A stretch of 64,000 nucleotides of DNA, taken from the NCBI GenBank assembly GCA_040954595.2, contig CM082579.2:4205227-4269226 (forward strand), written 5' to 3'. Under the pieces are notes generated by a model. That model saw only the letters and a list, made by a program, of their open reading frames with translations. It ran no database searches and was not told where the DNA came from. A program made the position numbers and the translations under genes. The DNA comes from Balanoglossus misakiensis (taxonomy: Eukaryota > Animalia > Hemichordata). Below are positions 57,636-64,000 of this stretch, piece by piece. Every line of letters begins with the position of its first letter. Position 1 is the stretch's first letter.

Positions 57636-58962
57636 TTAGGAATGGCCGCCAATCTGCTGTTGGAACACATCGATCACATCCTGATCTTCCATTTCGAGCT
57701 GAAGATAAATCAAACAAGAGATAGGGTAGAGATGACCGAATTCAAAACAGAATTGAGAACTCATTGTTGACACTCACAGAAATGAGTAATAATAATATTC
57801 ATCTTCTAAATATCAGGATCCCTTCTGAGGAAAACAACATGGTCTCACCTGTGATGGGGTATCATCTTCATTGATAGGACTTCCATCAAATGTAAATCTA
57901 ATTGCGTTCCGCCGAAGACCCTAATGCATGAAATGTCCAGAATAGAACACACAATAACAACACAACTTCACCAATAATTCATCAAGCAAACTTAATTTAA
58001 TGCAGCAGATATTTAAAGACTAAACGACTTAACGAGTGTCATAGGTAATAGTAACACCAGTCATATATGGGATAAAAAATTACCTGTCTTTCACAATATG
58101 CATTCATAAGTTTCTTCAACGAAGTATGCTTTTTTATTTTAAATTGCACAACTGTACCATCCTAGAAAAAAAAGAATGTACGTCAGATAATTTTTGAATC
58201 AGAGTGGAAAGTCAAACACACTCACAAATAAATACTGCTGTCATTCAGACACAATGAAAGTGGCCGTATTGTCTGATCAAGTCAGTTAAACTGGTGCTAC
58301 ACATGCTTACCTGGCCAGTCACTTGTAAATTAATGTGGTCATTTCCACCCTCAGGTTTGACCTCCTACAGGGAACAAAAGGATCACAAAGATCAGTTACT
58401 TTGAAAAGTACATCTACAAAACATGTACATTTCCTTAATATTATTTCATAAAATGACATAACTTGGACCTCTATGTATACATGCTTCTCCACTACATTTC
58501 TTGAAGTTAGAGCAAGATTACCTAAGTCCATCAATGAAAACCAGACGATATTTATTTTGCCTTTTCTTGTAAAATGTATTACAGTGACTGCAACTATAAA
58601 GTTTAATGAGCTTGTGAATATTAATTATCCAGCTGTATTTGGTCCATCACTGTTTACATCGGTGGTTTGGCTAATCGAATGCCTGGTTTGGCTAAATTTT
58701 GTGTGTTTCTCGCCAAATTTGCTGGAAATGTTGGGAACCCAGGGGAAACTCTGATTTGTACAAAGACACGTGAGCCTGTCACTGCACTGTCAACAGCCAA
58801 ACAATAATGGCGGCAAAAACAAAGTGCGACACCAAATTCTGAAGATATATCCTCGGTCATTTATAACGTCAACCAGCTATTGATTATCTGTTTGTCATAA
58901 GAGAGCTAGAAATCAAATGAAAATCCTTCCAGAAAATACTTCACCTTCTTTTCTTCCGACAT
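57636..58962 (-). CDS. SUMO: Small ubiquitin-like modifier, SUMO2/3-like, 94 aa
   Basis: Exons 58962-58945, 58364-58311, 58161-58084, 57920-57849 and 57698-57636 give [94 protein letters not shown]. Confidence 0.96.
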
Positions 58963-59305
58963 TTCCGTTTGCGTTACCCGACACGATGCAATGGGCTTCT
59001 GAAATGAACTCCCTGTTAAATCAAGAAACGTAACGCTCTCTCTGATTGGGTAGGATCGCCGGGAATCGATCACGTGAATGGATGTGTCAAAGTTGAATCC
59101 CAAGCCAAATTAAAGGTTTTTTAATATTTTATCTGTTTTCATATCATTTTCGTCACCGTATATTGCCTACAACATGTTTTCATTCCTTAATCGGCAGAAG
59201 AAGTGGTAAATTACTTGACCGGAAGTGTCAGCATGATGAGATCGTTTGAGTTCCCGGATGTACGGGTATCTACGCCATTGGCTGGTACCCTGCCTCGGTG
59301 ACAAA

Positions 59306-59596
59306 CCCATTCCCTTAAAAACTGTGCCACTCACCCATTCCCTTAAAAACTGTGCCACTCACCCATTCCCTTAAAAACTGTGCCACTCACCCATTCCCTT
59401 AAAAACTGTGCCACTCACCCATTCCCTTAAAAACGGTGCCAACCACCTATTCCCTTAAAAACTGTGCCACTCACCCATTTCCTTAAAAACTGTGCCACTC
59501 ACCCATTCCCTCAAAAAACTGTGCCAACCACCCATTCCCTTAAAAACTGTGCCAACCACCCATCCCAAAAAACTGTGCCAACCACCCATTCCCTTG
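59306..59596. repeat. 28-bp minisatellite, about 10 copies (CCCATTCCCTTAAAAACTGTGCCACTCA)
   Basis: Directly visible tandem array with period 28 and few substitutions. Confidence 0.95.
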
Positions 59597-60060
59597 AACA
59601 CAAAAATAATTTGACGAAAGCAAAAATGAAATTGAAGAACAAGAATGAAATCGAAGAACAAGAATGTAATTTGACGAAAGCAAAAATAAAATCGAAGAAC
59701 ACAAAAATAGTTTGACGAAAGCAAAAATGAAATTGAAGAACAAGAATGAAGTCGAAGAACAAGAATGTAATTTGACGAAAGCAAAAATAAAATCGAAGAA
59801 CACAAAAATAATTTGACGAAAGCAAAAATGAAATCGAAGAACACAAAAATAATTTGACGAAAGCAAAAATGAAATCGAAGAACAAGAATGTGATTTGACG
59901 AAAGCAAAAATGAATTCGAAGAACAAGAATGTAAAATTGACGAAAGCAAAAATGAATTCGAAGAACAAGAATATAGATTTGAAGAACAAGAATATAGATT
60001 TGAAGAACACAAATATAATTTGACCAAAGCAAACGTGAAATTGAAGAATAAAAATAAAAT
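59597..60060. repeat. Compound purine-rich minisatellite (~40-bp unit AATTTGACGAAAGCAAAAATGAAATCGAAGAAC... interleaved with a ~19-bp subunit)
   Basis: Repeated TTTGACGAAAGCAAAAAT and GAAGAACAAGAAT/GAAGAACACAAAAAT modules. It produces the repetitive ORFs in all three minus frames. Confidence 0.9.
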
Positions 60061-60224
60061 TATACAACAAGAAAATAGTTTTTCAAGAATATTGCAACGT
60101 TTGGCTTGCCATAGCGGTCGGCCTTTATCTGCGTCTATCTTCGTGACGCGTCTTTTTGCCAAGTCACGTGAGACGCAGTGTTCAGCGAATCTACGCCATT
60201 GACATCGTTGATCATGCGAATCAG

Positions 60225-60308
<84 letters not shown>
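60225..60308. repeat. (CTAA)21 microsatellite
   Basis: Perfect tetranucleotide repeat. Confidence 0.98.
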
Positions 60309-60309
<1 letters not shown>

Positions 60310-60553
60310 AATAAAAAGCGACCTTGAAACTTTGGCGATTGTAAACAAATATGAGACACAGTTTTGCACTGAATGTAGAAACTGCAATTGAAAAGCGCCC
60401 TCTATCCCATACACCGGTGTTTGCAGGGTGGTACATCATAATTATAGTACATGTACTGCAATTGAACCTTAAATTAGAGGACCATCGACCAAAGTCCAAC
60501 TATGGGTCGCGTTTGGCTGTCCATTTTAATAGCGTTTGCGGTGTTCGCTCGCC

Positions 60554-62180
60554 ATGGATCGAGTCGACGTCGCGTTGAATCAAACGAATTTGCTGTCGTC
60601 TGCTTGGGCCACTGTGTATCAATATTTCGAAGAGGATGACTTCACTACTTTTTTAACCAGTAAGTTTGCACTTCACCCGAGGTCTCGCAATATTTTAGAT
60701 CCCGTCGAAAGCGACGATGATGAATGTTTTAGGTTTTGCCTGTTGATGTTGTTGTTGTTGTCGTCGTCGTCACCATTGTTGTGGTTGTGGCCAATTATCA
60801 CCTTACCCCTTTTTTCACAGCTGTAACGATTGTCTCTTTTGCAACTTTCTGGGGAATGTCTGCGTTGTTTCTGTGCGTTGACATTACTGGGAAACCGACA
60901 GCATTGGCTAAATACAAGATTCAAAAGAACGCAAAGGTAGAATACCACATTCCTTTCTCTGCGACCTGCACTCGTTTAAAATATATTGGCGCAGGCGACT
61001 GAAATGCGGAGGTGAAATCCAAGCAAAATCTGATTTCGGACCACAAACGTCATAGGGTTTACTTTTATCCCGTCATTTTACGGAGAGAAATAAGTTCGCC
61101 AACCATTGCCTATGGAGTTGAGAAAATAATCCTCCTCGAATATACCCACCCTTTACTTTAATCCCTCATTTATTCGACCCTGTAGCTGGATCTGTCGCAG
61201 TTGATGCATGCAATGCCTGTCATCTCTTTCAACCAAGTGGTCGTTTCTGTTCCGTCGTTCTTTGTTGGGTACCAAGCCCTGAAATGGCGCGGCTGTTCTT
61301 TCGGCTACGACGTACCTGGATGGTGGGAGATTGTCCGTGATGTGGCAGTCTGTCAGCTGATCCAAGAAATAGGGTTTTACTACACACACAGGTGAATAGG
61401 TTACATTATAGGCAAATGTATAGGCACCTTGGCGCGGTAATACATATGGTGGGTTTTCTTTTGGTCGAAAGATCACAAGTTGTGATTGAAATGAGCGATT
61501 GCATTTCAAATGATTCAATGATCATCCAATCTCCAGGTTATGGCATCACCCGCTGTTCTACAAGAGAATCCACAAGCTGCACCACGAGTGGACGGCCCCG
61601 GTAAGCCCCACTGCTGTCTATCTGCACCCGGTGGAATACGCCATATCGGGCATTGTGGTGGCCCAGGTGGGTCCAGTCTTGATGAGGTCTCATTTAGTGA
61701 CGACCCTGGTATGGTTGATCGTTTCCTTAGTTGTGACAACCGTCCACCATTCCGGTTATCACCTCCCGTTACTGCCCTCACCGGAATTCCACGACTATCA
61801 TCACGTCAAGTAAGTTTGCGTCGCCGACTTTGGACTCGGGTGTTACTTTATTCGTTGCATGTGGGGAAATGTTGATCAACACGAGCCCTTGCGCATGGAC
61901 TTGGTTTAATTGTGCATTTCTCTTCCAAATGTATCTTGTCACATTTCTTCTGGTCGCCACAGGTGTGTGGTCGCTAACAATACTCCAATCAATCACTACC
62001 TTTAATTTGTGTTTCAGATTTACCGGCTGTTATGGCATTATCGGACTTTGTGATTGGTTACACGGCACGGATAAATCCTTCCGAGAGAGTGTGTGCTACA
62101 GACGACACAAACCGCTGCTAGGTCTGACACCGTTGTCTGAAACCATTCTTGAGTCACACAAAAACGGCAAAGCTTTGTAG
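60554..62180 (+). CDS. FAXDC2: Fatty acid hydroxylase / sterol desaturase family protein, FAXDC2-like, copy 1, ~287 aa
   Basis: Exons 60554-60659, 60821-60936, 61186-61391, 61537-61809, 62018-62180. His boxes FYYTHRLWHH, HKLHH, HHSGY, HDYHH, plus the motifs KYKIQ and DWLHGTD. Confidence 0.92.
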
Positions 62181-62689
62181 AGCAACATTTTGCCTTAAAA
62201 GGACTGCAGTTACACATACATACATAATAGATATAATGGAATCGAACTTTTTGCCAAGTATTACTGTAAGCTACAGTATTTCAGTCCAGTGGACATGCAT
62301 TAACAGTTGAACATTGTGACGATCGCGGTTACTTGTATCATGTACATGTACTAGTATTTTGTAATTACACAGGGATTTTTTGGGGTTTGCCTAAGCTCTG
62401 CTTATTGTTCATGATTTCATGAGTAAAGTTATCAACCAACATTTTAACATAATTAAATAATTTACTGTCAGTGGTTACATGACAACGTGAGTACCTAGCT
62501 GCAGAAAATCATTTTATCCAAGATGACAAATCGACTTTGCAAGCCCCACTCAACCCGACACCAAATGGACCACTCCTATCAGTAAAGAAACTTTTTTTCG
62601 TGTTTACACTTTGAACGGTCAACGGTTAATCGGTGTACTATGCGACCGACCACAGATAAACAGATAGTGCATCATTGGCAACAACAACA

Positions 62690-63783
62690 ATGGCAGATGT
62701 AAACCTGACCAACAGAACTGATGCAGAGCACGACCAGTACATTCTGAACGCGTGGACTGTCGTCTACAAGGCGTTTGGAGAAAATGACTTCGCCACGTTC
62801 ATGCTGGGTATGTACAAATATGCTGTACCAGAGATATCGACGAAACCTGTGTGCTCGCATTATCACCGATGGCTCTTATGCGTGTAAGCGTTACATATGG
62901 CCCTGTTGCACGATGACATATTCATTCCAAACAGGGCAGGTAGACTTCGTTCGAGTTCTGAGGCTATTGCCGTATTTCCAGATTTTTTTTGTAAACACAA
63001 ACCAATGACAAGCAATACAAAACAACAAGTAAAGCTTCAAGCGAGCTTGTCTTTCTTTTATCCCGAATGAGGGAACTAGAAGTAGAACGACAATCCGGCG
63101 GTCTGGTCTCAGTAGACACCCTACAGATTGTCGGCAACTCCGGTTCTTTTCTTATTATTTTTTTACATAACATCTCACACACAAAAAACCCAGCCAGGGC
63201 TTAATCACGAAGCATAGGCGTATTACTTCTAACGATATGTAGCCTATCTGACATGCTCACCAGACGTGACCCCTCAGTGTTACTCGCACTGGTATACTCA
63301 GAGGTTGGGGCCAACAGAAGTTCCTCACTTTCACCGTTTAATTCACCAGGTACGACGATGGTCACATTTGTGGCTTTCTATGCAACCAACGGATTCTTCA
63401 TGTTTCTTGATTTCACCAAGAGGCCGACCTTTCTCTACAAATACAAGATACAGCAGGACAAACAGGCGAGTATTTTATTTGGAGCGCAGTTTTCACTCTC
63501 AGGTATAAAAAGCAAACATTGGCCTTTCAACTGTCTAACCCATCTTTGTTTACCCCACATTACACTTTCATTCACAGCTGGATCCGGAAAAGTTTAAGAG
63601 AGTTTTGCCGTACGCCAGTGTGAATCTCGTATTGGTGACCCTGCCCTCGTTTCTTGGCTGGTTTTACGTCGCTAGGTGGCGTGGTTGCAGTTGCGGGTAT
63701 GACGTACCCAGTGGTTGGCAGATCATCCGGGACCTGGTCGTCATACTCGCTATTGAAGAAATCGGATTCTATTACACACACAG
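62690..63783 (+). CDS. FAXDC2: FAXDC2-like, tandem copy 2 (5' part; runs off the window end)
   Basis: Exons 62690-62807, 63350-63465 and 63578-63783. Exons 2 and 3 have the same sizes as in copy 1 (116 and 206 nt). Shares KYKIQ and EEIGFYYTHR. Confidence 0.9.
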
Positions 63784-64000
63784 GTATGATGGCTCTACTA
63801 CAACCGATGTTTCTTCTGTTTTTGTGATTTGAAACTGACCTGATACACAATAACCACATTAATTTACCGTCATAGAAGTAAAACATCCATATAGCCTTTT
63901 ATACATAATTAATTTTTGCGCATCACAAAGACCAGAGATTTGAATATCATGGTCGAGTACATGACATTTTATCACCAGGTAGCAGAAATCTGTTTTGGGG

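Noticed and set aside
59306-60060. Regular ~28-40 bp repeats resembling a CRISPR array, and 173-235 aa ORFs on the minus strand
   Set aside because: No unique spacers, no cas genes and a eukaryotic context. The ORFs are translations of the satellite in all three frames.
60225-60308. (TTAG)n as an interstitial telomere
   Set aside because: The unit is not TTAGGG or TTAGG; it is an ordinary microsatellite.

Overview
Eukaryotic, intron-rich animal genomic DNA. The gene content suggests an invertebrate deuterostome such as a hemichordate or echinoderm; this is inference. I assembled exons by hand from splice sites and reading-frame phase. In order: an orphan class A GPCR with an intronless CDS (10466-11488, -); a 9-exon glycine-receptor-like anion channel (26364-33371, -); tRNA-Ser(CGA) (33851-33932, -); a 7-exon, ~1526-aa multidomain gene (34907-41715, +); WBP4 (-), head-to-head with an Sfmbt/MBTD1-type Polycomb gene (+); SUMO2/3-like (-); a compound satellite block; and two tandem FAXDC2-like sterol desaturase genes, the second cut by the window end. 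The standout is the 34907-41715 gene. It fuses an apparently bacterial-type metzincin metalloprotease module to a complete arthropod-type (pro)phenoloxidase/hemocyanin with all six copper histidines and the latency placeholder Phe, plus an extra C-terminal beta domain. It is a candidate self-activating phenoloxidase. The first ~26 kb is mostly non-coding with decayed repeats. No database searches were run.
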